DNA of 64,000 nucleotides, taken from the NCBI GenBank assembly GCA_950097015.1, contig CATNEN010000038.1, forward strand, positions 1,984,001 to 2,048,000, read 5' to 3'. The notes below the pieces were generated by a model. That model had not been told where the DNA came from. It saw only the letters and a list, made by a program, of their open reading frames with translations, and did not search any database. Positions 51,244 through 62,153 of the stretch are shown piece by piece (position 1 is the stretch's first letter; every line of letters starts with the position of its first letter). Source of the stretch: Macrostomum hystrix (Eukaryota; Animalia; Platyhelminthes). The position numbers and the translations under genes are program-made.

Positions 51244-54200
51244 CTCCTAATGCACTTGACTAGATAGGAGAGGGACATGATTTTCAGCTTATCTTGACGA
51301 GCCAGCCAAGCAAAGCACATCGGACCAGGGGCCGAAGTATGGGCCTTCGCGCAGTCATAAATTTAGGCTTCAATCCGGCACTCGCAAGGCGGCAAAGAAG
51401 ATCCTTTTAAAATTGGTCCGTTTTAGCACTGGGGACACTTGGCTACTCCACAGAGACCCGTGAGGTGGAGGCGGCTAGAGAAAATGTGCTAGGAAAGTTG
51501 GTCAGGATGGGGGGCCGTCCTTCACTTGCTCTCAAGCTTGAGGACTATGATTTCAAGCTTAATACGGCGGGTCAGAGCACTTTCGGGTGGCTGAGAGGCG
51601 GTGCACGGCTTGGCAATGGGACAGGGGGGTCTCCTTCCGTGTTCTACAATGGAGACTTTTTTAGCTCCTTCTGTTGTGGGCCACGCACACACACACACAC
51701 ACTCTCCGATTCTCTCACGCGCAAGCCGCTGATCAATAGTTCCTTGAATCCCGCAAGCCGCTTTCTCTTCCTCCAATAGTTTCTGGTCCCAGTAGCGGTG
51801 CAGGAATGGGCAGGGCGGTAGTGCGGCCATGAGTAGTTGCAGGCTGCGGGGTTGGTGGCATGGGGAGTTGGTTCCGCCCCCGGGTTGGCGAGAACACTTT
51901 TTTTTCTCCTTCGGGCTTCTCGCAGCTTGTTGGGGGTGGCGCCGTGAATTATTCAAGGCTTCCTACTGATGCGTGAGTGTGTGCTCAACAAAGTTGTCGT
52001 CGAGCGCCTCGGTCAGAGCTCAACTGAGACACGCACACTGCCTGCTGCTGCGCTGGGAATTAAGCAAACGACCGGCGGGGAATGGGACCACACGATCGGG
52101 ACAGGCGTCCAAGTAGTTTGATAGATGAGCGCGGGCTCAAATTTACTCGTGTTGGGACATAAAACATGCCGGATCGAATCCAGATCCAATCAAGAAATTT
52201 CTGTGACAGTTTTGAAGTCTAGTTTTAATAGTCGAGGTTAGCATGTTTCGACCTGGCTTTCCAGCCTAGATTATGGCGTCTTAATAAATAAATTAATACT
52301 TAATAATTGCAGGAGGGCTGCGGGCAATGGCACATCATTTGGTGACACTAGACCCGCAGCCAGAGATGAGGCAATTCTGCCCATTTCGCTGACTCCTGAG
52401 CACACACGCACACAGATACTGTACGCAGGCACACGCTCACACAGGTGTGTACATCTACCATGACTTTCTCATCATCAGGCAGTGTAAACTCTCACTGTGC
52501 CTTCGAGGTTGGCCCTCAAGGGCGTAAATTGCACGACAAGCCCTCAAGCCCAAATGAATGTGGCCTCGCCGCGGAATCCAGCTTAGGCAAGAGGCGAGAG
52601 GCAAATGCGTTAGACCGCTCTCTGCCACGGACCCCCACAAGCGAGTTAGTAGTTACTCTCGTGAAGTTAAATCAGCAGCCGGACTTCCTCACTACAGGCA
52701 AGCCAATCCAGTGCTGGGTGCCGCAGGAGTTCTCCAAGGCCTGGGAGGATTTCGCCGAGAACTACTGCTGGGTGTCCAACACCTACTTCCTGTTTCCCGA
52801 CAAAGAGATCCCGACGCCGAGGGATCTGCCGAGCGCCAAGTACATCACCTATTACCAGTGGGTGGCCATTGTGCTGGCCGGGCAGGCCATCATCACCTGG
52901 ATACCGCACCTCATCTGGCGGGTTGGCGCGCGCCGGCTTCCCACGCTTATCAAGAACGCGCGCAACGCGTCGATTCCAGACTCGGACCTGCGGCGCAAAG
53001 CGGTGCAGTGCCTGGTGGCCGTACTGGAAGAGCAGGCCGAGGCGGCGCGGCGTTACTCGCGAGTTCGCGGCATGGTGGACAAGTTCCTGTTCTGCTTCAG
53101 TCCGTCACTGCGGCTAACGATGCTCTTCCTTCTGGTCCGGCTGATGTTTGTGGGCAACGCAGTCGGCCAGATCTACCTGATGCAGAAGTTCATCGGCTCC
53201 AACAGCACTCTGTTTGGCTATGACGTGCTGATGAATCTGATCGCTGGACGGGACTGGCAGGAGACGTCCAACTTCCCGAGGGTCACTTACTGCCACCTCA
53301 CCATTCGGAAGTTAGGGACGAAAAATCAAACGTGAGTAGCATGCGTATGGAACCAGCTTGCAGTTGTGACACATTATGAACATTTCTTTATCGTTAGAAG
53401 ATTGGTACTCGTAGGAGATTGGTACTCGTAGGAGATTGGTACTCGTAGGAGATTAGTACTCGTAGGAAATTGGTACTCGTAGGAGATTAGGGAGATTGAT
53501 ACTCGTAGGAGATAGGTACTCGTATGAGATTGGTACTCGTAGGAGATTGGTACTCGTAGGAGATAGGTACTCGTAGGAGATTGGTACTCGTAGGAGATTC
53601 GTACTCGTAGGAGATCGGTACTCGTTGGAGATTAGTACTCGTAGGAGATTGGTACTCGTAGCAGATTAATACTCGTAGGAGATTGGTACTCGTAAGAGAT
53701 TACTACTCGTAGGAGATTAATAGCTCGTACTCGTAGGAGATTGGTACTCGTAGGAGATTAATACTCGTAGGAGATTGGTACTCGTTGGAGATTAATACTC
53801 GTAAGAGATTGGTACTCGTAGGAGATTGGTACTCGTAGGAGATTAGTACTCGTAGGAGATTAATACTCGTAGGAGATTGGTACTCGTAGCAAATCGGTAC
53901 TCGTAGGAGATTGCTACTCGTAGCAAAGTGGTACTGGTAGGAGCTGTTACGCACCCGGTCGGAGACCAGGCGATCATTTCTCACACCGCAGCCGCTCCTT
54001 CACTCTAATCCATCTTGCACAACTCCGGCTCCCTAAAACCGAACTCGGCCCGAAGCCCCTCGATTAGCTGATGACTGAATATGCGCCACTTGAGGCTGAG
54101 GAGGGTCAGCGGCAGAGAGCGCACACCAGACACTTTGGGGCCCGTATCTCTGCTCGCCTTTCTTAGCCTGGGGATCGGGTCTTGAATTTCCAGCCCGCCA

Positions 54201-57200
54201 AACCGCCCCAATGCCACGGAAGCGAGAGCTTAAGTCGCACCTCCCTGTACTGGACGCGTTTTTAAAAGCTTCCCCCTCCAATGCACGTTGGCTAGGGGGA
54301 GGAGATTTTCCTCTCGCTTCAAACTACCCTCGGTGCCGTCCTCTTTTCCCCTCCTTCCCCGCCCCCCCTCTGGCCCGGCTGCTCCCCAGAGGTCCAACGG
54401 GAAGCGAAGAAAATAAGACGGTTTTAGGGTCGAGACCGCATGCGGACGGTCGGGGAGGGGGGCGTGCGGCCTCAGCCCGCCGCAATGGAAATGCGAGCTG
54501 TTAATTTCCCCTCCCATCCTACCGATAAGTGGATGAAGCTCGCGGACTCCCATCGGACCTCAGGCACCTTTTGTGCCTCACTTAAAAAGCCCTTATAAAT
54601 TGAGCTGAGCACAGTTTGAGAACTTTAACTGCTCAACCTGCGGGCTGGTGGCATGTGGGCCGCTACTATCCCTCATCCGCTCCTGCGCCTCATCCGCTCC
54701 TGCCCGTCATCCGCTCCTACCCCTCATCCGCTCCTACCCCCTTATCCGCTCCTACCCCTCATCCGCTCCTGCGCCTCATCCGCTCCTGCCCGTCATCCGC
54801 TCCTACCCCTCATCCGCTCCTACCCCTCATCCGCTCCTACCCCTCATCCGCTCCTACCCCTCATCCGCTCCTGCGCCTCATCCGCTCCTGCGCCTAATCC
54901 GCTCCTGCCCCTCATCCGCTCCTACCCCTCATCCGCTCCTACCCCCTCATCCGCTCCTACCCCTCATCCGCTCCTGCGCCTCATCCGGTCCTGCCCCTCA
55001 TCCGCTCCTACCCCTCATCCGCTTCTAACTCCCTCATCCGCTCCTACCCCCTTATCCGCTCCTACCCATCATCCGCTCCTACCCCTCATCCGCTCCTGCC
55101 CCTCATCCGCTCCTACCCCTCATCCGCTTCTGACTCCTTCATCCGCTTCTAACCCCCTCATCCGCTCCTACCCATCATCCGCTCCTACCCATCATCCGCT
55201 CCTAACGCCTCATCCGCTCCTACCCCCTCATCTGCTCCTACCCCTCATCCGCTCCTACCCCTCATCCACTCCTACCCATCATCTGCTCCTACCCCCTCAT
55301 CCGCTTCTAACCCCCTCATCCGCTCCTACCCATCATCCGCTCCTACCCATCATCCGCTCCTAACGCCTCATCCGCTCAAACGCCTCATCCGCTCCTAACG
55401 CCTCATCCGCTCCTAACGCCTCATCCGCTCCTAATGCCTCATCCGCTCCTAACGCCTCATCCGCTCAAAGCCTCATCCGCTCCTAACGCCTCATCCGCTC
55501 CTAACGCCTCATCCGCTCCTAACGCCTCATCCGCTCCTACCCCCTCATCCGCTTCTAACCCCCTCATCCGCTCCTACCCATCATCCGCTCCTACCCATCA
55601 TCCGCTCCTAACGCCTCATCCGCTCAAACGCCTCATCCGCTCCTAACGCCCCATCCGCTCCTAGCCCATCAATCCAGGCTCTATATGTCTTGCAACCTGG
55701 CCCACCAAGGACACATTTTATCGCGGTCAATAAAAAGACCTTTCAAAACCAATCGGAATGCATTAACAAGAGATTTCTCAAAATATTGATTTATGTTTAA
55801 GCATAATAGCTCAGACGAACACCCCTTACACAAAATCCAAAATGCTAGGACTACAACAATACAATTAGGTGGAAGATTGTGTAGGAAGAAAAAAGTGAGT
55901 GGAGACTCCACGCTGTGTTTGTGCGCCGCGCTGCCATTCAACTCCTGACAGAGAGCGGAAGGCTGCGAGACGTGGAACCGTCTAGTGGAAGCGGGTCTTG
56001 GTAGAGAAAATTTCGTTTCATATTTTTCTGAGCTCATTGCATTGGACCTCGGCTGAAAAGTGCTCCAAATGTTTGCTCAAGGAAATCAAAGCAGCAAATA
56101 AGGAGAAGTTGTTTCTCTATTTTCGTCAGTTTGGGTTCCTGCGGCACCGCTTGAGGCGGTTTTCAATTTCATTGCCTGACAATTGAAAGCAGATTTAAAA
56201 CGCTCGAATGGCTACTTTGAAACCGGAATCAAAGCTGTACGAGCGAGCAGGGAAAATCACATGACATTTCTAGACATCATGAAATCCCGCGCAGCCCCGT
56301 TAGAAATCCTCCCTGAAAAAAATTTTGGCAGCGCTCGAATGCTGACTGACTAGGCGATGATGTGCTGTGGTTGAGCTGCGCCTAATATTTTAATTTGCGT
56401 CAGGGTGTCCATAGTGGCTTATTTCCACCAATTGTTGCCCTTGAAGGTCCAGCAAATCCGTCTAGATAAAAGTAGGTGACCACCGAAGACGGAGGAACAT
56501 TCGGGTGACATGCCGATAAATTTTGAAGGCCTGGCAAGGCCTGGCACGGAGGCGCAGTGCTAATTTGTGTATTGGGGTGTATGAAATACACTAGCGCTTT
56601 TGGGAAAAATCCGACCGTCGGCCAGAACCACTGAATATTTCGACGGTCTGAAGAGCTGGCGACTTGATTCTTATTTCAGAAGATGCGCAACAAAAAGTTT
56701 TTGAGTTTCGTCTGCTTTCGTTGTTCCGTTTTTCAGTGGAATTTTCAGTGGACAGGGAATTTCACCCCTTGGTAGTTCTACTGTTAAAGAGGATCACCAC
56801 CGAAATGTTTAGGATTTCCTAGAAACCTTCAAGACAGAAATAGTTCCTGCCATGATTGGTACGAACTAGCACAGAAAAAGAAGAACTACCGAAGTGGAAA
56901 ACTTCCAGGCAACGAACACCTCTGGAAAATGTCCCGCTGAAATTTCCATCGGCATCGGCTGTCTCCGTTTTTTAGCGGGGTGGAGGATGGGAGGCTGGCA
57001 GCGGAGGTAATAGGAGGCGGCGGATTCCCTTGAGTCCTCCCAGCCTACTCAAAGCTGCGGCCAGCTCAAATTCTGCTCTGCGCTCCGCGAAGGAAACTTT
57101 TCTGGCTTCTCGGCTTCTGTCGCTAATTTCCTGTTCCCATCTTCTCGGCAGCTTGCTTCCGCGCGACTCATCATCGTCGAGTCAGGTCAAAGAAGGCAGG

Positions 57201-58561
57201 AAAAACTGTTGCCACGCACTCGGCGGCGGGTGGCTGAAATTAATTTCAGCTTGCAATCTCATCTAAAGCGACTTTGCCTCGGCGATGAGGCGGTGCTGCC
57301 AACTCATCTCCCAACTCATTTGCTTCCCAACTTTTTTCATCCCGAAAAAAACTGATTTCCCTTAACTGTCGGGTAGGCTATAAAAACGAAGTTGCACAGG
57401 TGTGCGCAGAGCGGGTGCGATTTACATTCAGAGAAATTTGCTGGGTTATCGCTCAATCCAGTCCGTATTCGTGTGATGCTACTCGTCATCAGTAGGACAA
57501 ATGGAATTTTCTCGGTTGCAATTTCGCATAGTTTGCTATTTTTGCCCAGTGGTTAGTTGGAATTTTGCAGCGAGAGGTGATAATTCACTAAAGTGATAAT
57601 TGCAAATGTACTTTAGACTCAATATTTACTCAGCAAATGGACAAATAAACAATCCAACAACCCACTCACCCACCCCAATTCCATTTTCAACTTGAAAACT
57701 CTTTCAATTAAAACAAATATTTCAGTCCTCTCTAGTTCACCTACTGACAGTAGAGTGCTAAAAGCTTTAAACTATCCCAAATATTAGTAACCAAAAATAA
57801 TTTAATATTCGATGCATTGCTTTTTCAATTGAATTGTGAATAAAAAAACTTCTTTTGCAATGCAATTCCTACTTACCAAGAATGCCTGCTCTTTTAAATT
57901 TCTCCTCTTTCATCCCATCATTTTCTTTGTGAGGATCTTGAGTTTTACCCGACATGCATTAAACTTTTAGTTATATTTTTAAACAATTCAAATTCTTTCG
58001 GTAAAAAGAAATTCAAAATTAGGGAAATTATTGATCGTTAGTTTTAAATGTCAAAAAACAAAGCAGCTGTGACAGACCCTCACGGGCTGATTCGTGTAAT
58101 CATCAAAGTAAAAATCATCACCATACTCTCCGACCCGCAACACGACATGCAGGTACTCTCTCCAGTGCGTGCTGCCCATCAACCACTTTGTTGAGAAGGT
58201 CTACATCTTTCTCTGGTTCTGGTTTATCATCATTGGCGTGCTCACCCTCTTGAGCACACTAGTGTGGATTGCCAGAATCCTCATTCCCGGTCGTCGCGTC
58301 GCCTTCATCAAGCAGTACCTGCGAGCGATGCGCCTCGTCTCGAACACCGAAGACCGCGACTGCAAGCGGTTCGTGGCCAACTCGCTAGGTCCCGACGGCG
58401 TCTTCATCCTGCAGGTGGTGTCCAGCCTGGCCAGCGATCTCATCGCACTCGACGTGGCCACAACTCTGTGGAAGAATTACCGGCAAGCGAAGATTACTGG
58501 CGCTGAGGAGGACATCAACAGACTGTTGGAGAGCGTTAACAGAGGCACCAGTATTGTATAA
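48733..58561 (+). CDS. Innexin (gap-junction protein), 3 exons, ~397 aa
   Basis: Exons 48733-48883, 52698-53331, 58153-58561 (phases 1 and 2). Motifs 'DFIDQLNYQFT', 'QYVGKPIQCWVPQEF', 'AENYCWV', innexin signature 'YYQWV', 'FPRVTYC', 'QCVLPINHFVEKVYIFLWFWF', 'LGPDGVFIL'. Confidence 0.96.
48877..49334 (+). repeat. 58-bp tandem repeat (8 copies) that includes the innexin exon-1 splice donor
   Basis: Unit TATGTCG|GTA[T/G]GTGACCTAGCC...TGTGCCAA; the first copy overlaps the exon end. Confidence 0.95.
49768..50335. repeat. 24-bp minisatellite (GACACTCAGGATGACAGCAACAGT), innexin intron 1
   Basis: About 23 units. Confidence 0.96.
51194..51242. repeat. (CTG)n microsatellite, intronic
   Basis: Direct inspection. 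Confidence 0.95.
52295..52365. other. Conserved ~70-bp hairpin-forming dispersed element, copy 1
   Basis: Near-identical to 60056-60126; GGCTGCGGG/CCCGCAGCC stem. Confidence 0.75.
52374..52636 (-). mobile_element. tRNA-derived SINE-like element, copy C (longest)
   Basis: Aligns to copy B (head and body) and copy A (body and tail). Confidence 0.78.
53395..53942. repeat. 17-bp minisatellite (GGAGATTGGTACTCGTA), innexin intron 2
   Basis: Direct inspection. Confidence 0.95.
54668..55670. repeat. ~18-bp C-rich minisatellite (CCTCATCCGCTCCTACCC), innexin intron 2
   Basis: Direct inspection. Confidence 0.95.
56401..56730 (+). mobile_element. Dispersed DNA-transposon-like repeat, copy 2 (starts CAGGGTGTCC)
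   Basis: Inverted homolog of 31870-32209. Confidence 0.7.
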
Positions 58562-60055
58562 TGCATCACTACATAGCAGCCCCTGAACCTGCTCCGCTTA
58601 ACTTTCTTTTGTCTTTGTGCTTATTTTGTTACATAGTATTCTTCTGAATTTGTTTTCCTTTTGTTTCCTGCTATATGAAGTGAAGCGGGTAACCTGATCG
58701 ATGAACTAAAACTTTGACCAATTTTAGGCTTGTTAAAAGAGAACTGCCTGTTCCCTACCTGGGTTGTGGAAAAAACTACAATGTCTATGGCCGTAACCAA
58801 AGTCAATAGACAGAGGCGAATGGTCGCTCTCAAACCCTAGCCCACTCCCAGTGCGCTTTTTAGATTTGTCTATGGTCCAATCTCTCTGGCCAAAGCAAAC
58901 ACGTTAACAATAGCAAGGGAAATCCAATTAGCATTGAATGGACAATGAATCCAATGTACCACTTGTATTGTGTTATAATGTAGCTCAAGTTTTTTCAACA
59001 GGTCAAACAATTTCTGCTAGCATGTGTGCCAACTTTCTCAGATCCATGCGGGAAACTGATTGGTGTCTTTGAAGTCTTCTCTAGTTAATCCTTCTGTGAC
59101 ATCCGCGCAGCCACCTTCCCAACTGTATCCCCTGGCCTACCTCATCAAGGAAATTACATGGAGATTGTCTTGTCCACACAATATATTCTTTTGTTTCGCA
59201 CGTACTTTGAGCCTATCTGAGAGGCCAGTTTTTACCTGTGTGGACACAAGACAAGGGCCAAAAATATTGTTGTCAATTAGGGATCTGATACAAGCGTCTT
59301 CAGAATATAGACATAAGATCCCAGATTCTATGAGCCTGTTTTCCTACTTTGGCAGCACTGATCTTAGCTATATAGTGCGTATTTAGACTTACCGCAGTAT
59401 TAACCTGAGAACCAGCTGTCACTTACATGTATTGATTTGTGCGCCTTATATTAGCATCCGTGCATACAGATATTCTACATTAGGCTTTGAAACACTCGGT
59501 ACACCTTAATAGCGAAAGACGTCACTATTCTGTGAATTATTCTATAAAGATATGACACCTATTTGAACATTGTACATATACAAAATTTACTCAACTGATT
59601 GGCTATAAGCGTGCACTAAGACTATTTCTGTTGAAGCACGTTATTGTTAATTAGAGATATTTTCACTCATGAAACTCACACAGACTCGACAGTCAAAACA
59701 GACCACGAACCATGCGATGAGTGCCATGGCACTCAGAAAATTGTTGTTTTTATTTTGGCTAAACTACTGCAAGTTGTATTCAATAGCAATACACAACTTT
59801 TTATTTTGTCACTTTTTCCGAACACATTAGTTTATTCTTGTATAGATGAAGACATTTTATTTGTGTGTCCTTGCGTTAACAAAAGCGAAATAAATGCTAT
59901 GTTCAAATTGAAAAATATTTTTATTCCAAAACCAGCTGTATTCGTATAAAACAAATCGGGACTTATATTTGAGTCTTTTACTCAATTAACCATCGACTGA
60001 CAATCGACTGAAAAAGGAGGTATTCAATTATAATGTAATTATGTCGGCTATAAAC

Positions 60056-60126
60056 GAATACTTAATAATTGCAGGAGGGCTGCGGGCAATGACAGATCAT
60101 TTGGTGACACTTGACCCGCAGCCAGC
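60056..60126. other. Conserved ~70-bp hairpin-forming dispersed element, copy 2
   Basis: Near-identical to 52295-52365. Confidence 0.75.
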
Positions 60127-61223
60127 GCTGTGTCATCGCTGTACCTAGTTGGAAAAATAGCACAGTCTTACTGTTACTGTTCGCCGTACTGTTAGGGGTA
60201 GTACAGGACTGACCATTCTCATCGTCCCTAAATTCATTGCCTTACTCACTATAGTGTACTCAAGAACTCAGGTAGATTAGCGCCACCTCTGCCCCGCTGG
60301 CACTCACTCATCCCCTCAGTCCGTCTTCTTGGGACGGGAAAGTTCTCAAAAAATCAGTGGAGAACAGGCCTGGGAATTAACCCGCCGCGAGACCGTCCGC
60401 CTACACAGGTCCCGGATCCCATATGCATCAGGTCTGGAGCGGATGGACTGGCTGAAGAGGCCCTCGATAGTGCGCAGCACATGCCTGCAACATGGTGCTC
60501 AGTCAGCCGCTCTCAAATCTGGCACGATGGCTGCGGCCATGCACTACCGCGGTGGCGCCGGATCCCTATTGATTGATCCGTAGCCCGGATTGTCCGCAGT
60601 GGCTGCAGCGGCCGGCAGTTCCACCCATCGTGGAGAAAAAACACACACGCGGGCAAGAATTTTCTTTGGGGTGGCCGCCCCGGGGACATTGGCTGCATTA
60701 GGGATGAAATGGGCGACACGGCGATGAGGAGGAGAAGGAAGAGAAGGGAGGGAGAATGGGATTTTTAGGCCGCCGATACACAATCAGCCGGGTGAGGCCA
60801 TTGGCTGTTTGCTTAGCACGCAGGGTTAGCCCTAGGGCTTGTCCGCACTATGAGAAGCACGTACTCCACACAGATGCCCACATAGATCCGTGTCCCAAAG
60901 TCCTGCCTCCTTGAGTTGGGATCGTTAGCGCTGGGATTCTTGCCAAATTGACCGGCGCTTTGCCAGAGGCTTGTGAAAAGGACATTCTGTTTGGCAGATT
61001 GAACCGCTTGGACATTCCTGGGTAATTATATTTTTTGCTTCTCTTCTATCAGGTAGCAACTGCTTGTCCGGTGTTCTCGGGCATACTATTATAAATTTTT
61101 GATTAACTATTCATATAATTGCGAGCGTAGTTTTATTGCAAATCGCCATGGATTTCTACGAGCTAAATATATCTTTGTCCAATATATTTGCGAGCTAAAG
61201 GACACAGACTGATTACGCTGAGC

Positions 61224-61293
61224 AGATAGATAGATAGATGGATAGATAGATAGATGGATAGATAGATAGATGGATAGACAGATAGATAGATAC

Positions 61294-61327
<34 letters not shown>

Positions 61328-61328
61328 G

Positions 61329-61364
<36 letters not shown>

Positions 61365-61381
61365 CATAGATAGATAGATAC

Positions 61382-61428
<47 letters not shown>

Positions 61429-61433
61429 TATAC

Positions 61434-61475
<42 letters not shown>

Positions 61476-61504
61476 GGATGGATAGATAGATAGATAGATA
61501 GATG

Positions 61505-61559
<55 letters not shown>

Positions 61560-61592
61560 GGATAGATAGATAGATGGATGGATGGATGGATA
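61224..61592. repeat. (GATA)n microsatellite upstream of innexin 2
   Basis: Direct inspection. Confidence 0.98.
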
Positions 61593-61697
61593 GAATAATT
61601 GATGTCGCATCTCAGCCGGTAAATTCTCGCCCTATTTCCAGGAATCGTTAGTCCGGCATCTCATCAATAGATTTTCAGTCGAAGGCCGCAGTGGGCG

Positions 61698-61854
61698 ATG
61701 GACGCCACGTTCATGTGGAAGCTGTCCAAGCTGGGCCGCATCGGCTCCAGTAGGCAGCGAGTCGACGATGACTTCGCCGACCGGCTGAACTACCAGTTCT
61801 CCGGTGTGATCCTGTTCCTGTTCATTGGTCTGATTGGCATCCGTCAGTATGTGG
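61698..61854 (+). CDS. Second innexin paralog, exon 1 (gene continues beyond the window)
   Basis: MDATFMWKLSKLGRIGSSRQRVDDDFADRLNYQFSGVILFLFIGLIGIRQYVG, ending at G|gtgagt. The phase-1 intron is at the same position as in the upstream innexin. Confidence 0.9.
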
Positions 61855-62153
61855 GTGAGTTCGATTAGAACAAATTTATCTTAGAGATGCATAATCAGTT
61901 AACAGAAGAAAGACGATCGGGTTTTACCCACGCTTTTTAGTTTCTCTCCAAATATTGAATCCATTTTGATCCATAATATGCACTTTCACGAAAGTCGGTC
62001 ATTCGGTTTGGGAGCTATCGTGAAGTAAGGGGTTGTCTTGACAAACCCCCTTTGTCTTTCAATAGGTAAGAGTATTTTTTGGTACTGTGGCAGCTTTGTT
62101 CTTTGATTTTTGTCTAAAGAAACCAGGTAGCTAATTTAAATGATTAGAATATT

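Noticed and set aside
52305-52365. Twister ribozyme (GAGGG followed by a stem)
   Set aside because: The conserved UAA and the pseudoknot partner sequences are missing.
52445-52697. N-terminal extension of the innexin ORF in the ORF track
   Set aside because: Read-through of intronic SINE sequence; the true exon starts at 52698 and joins exon 1 at 48883.
50670-54500. Transposon-like segments at 50680-50950 and 54000-54500 as paired TIRs
   Set aside because: End similarity is weak, no TSD was found, and they would bracket a conserved innexin exon.
58950-59430. Possible minus-strand coding remnant downstream of the innexin
   Set aside because: Frames contain stops and no recognisable family motif.
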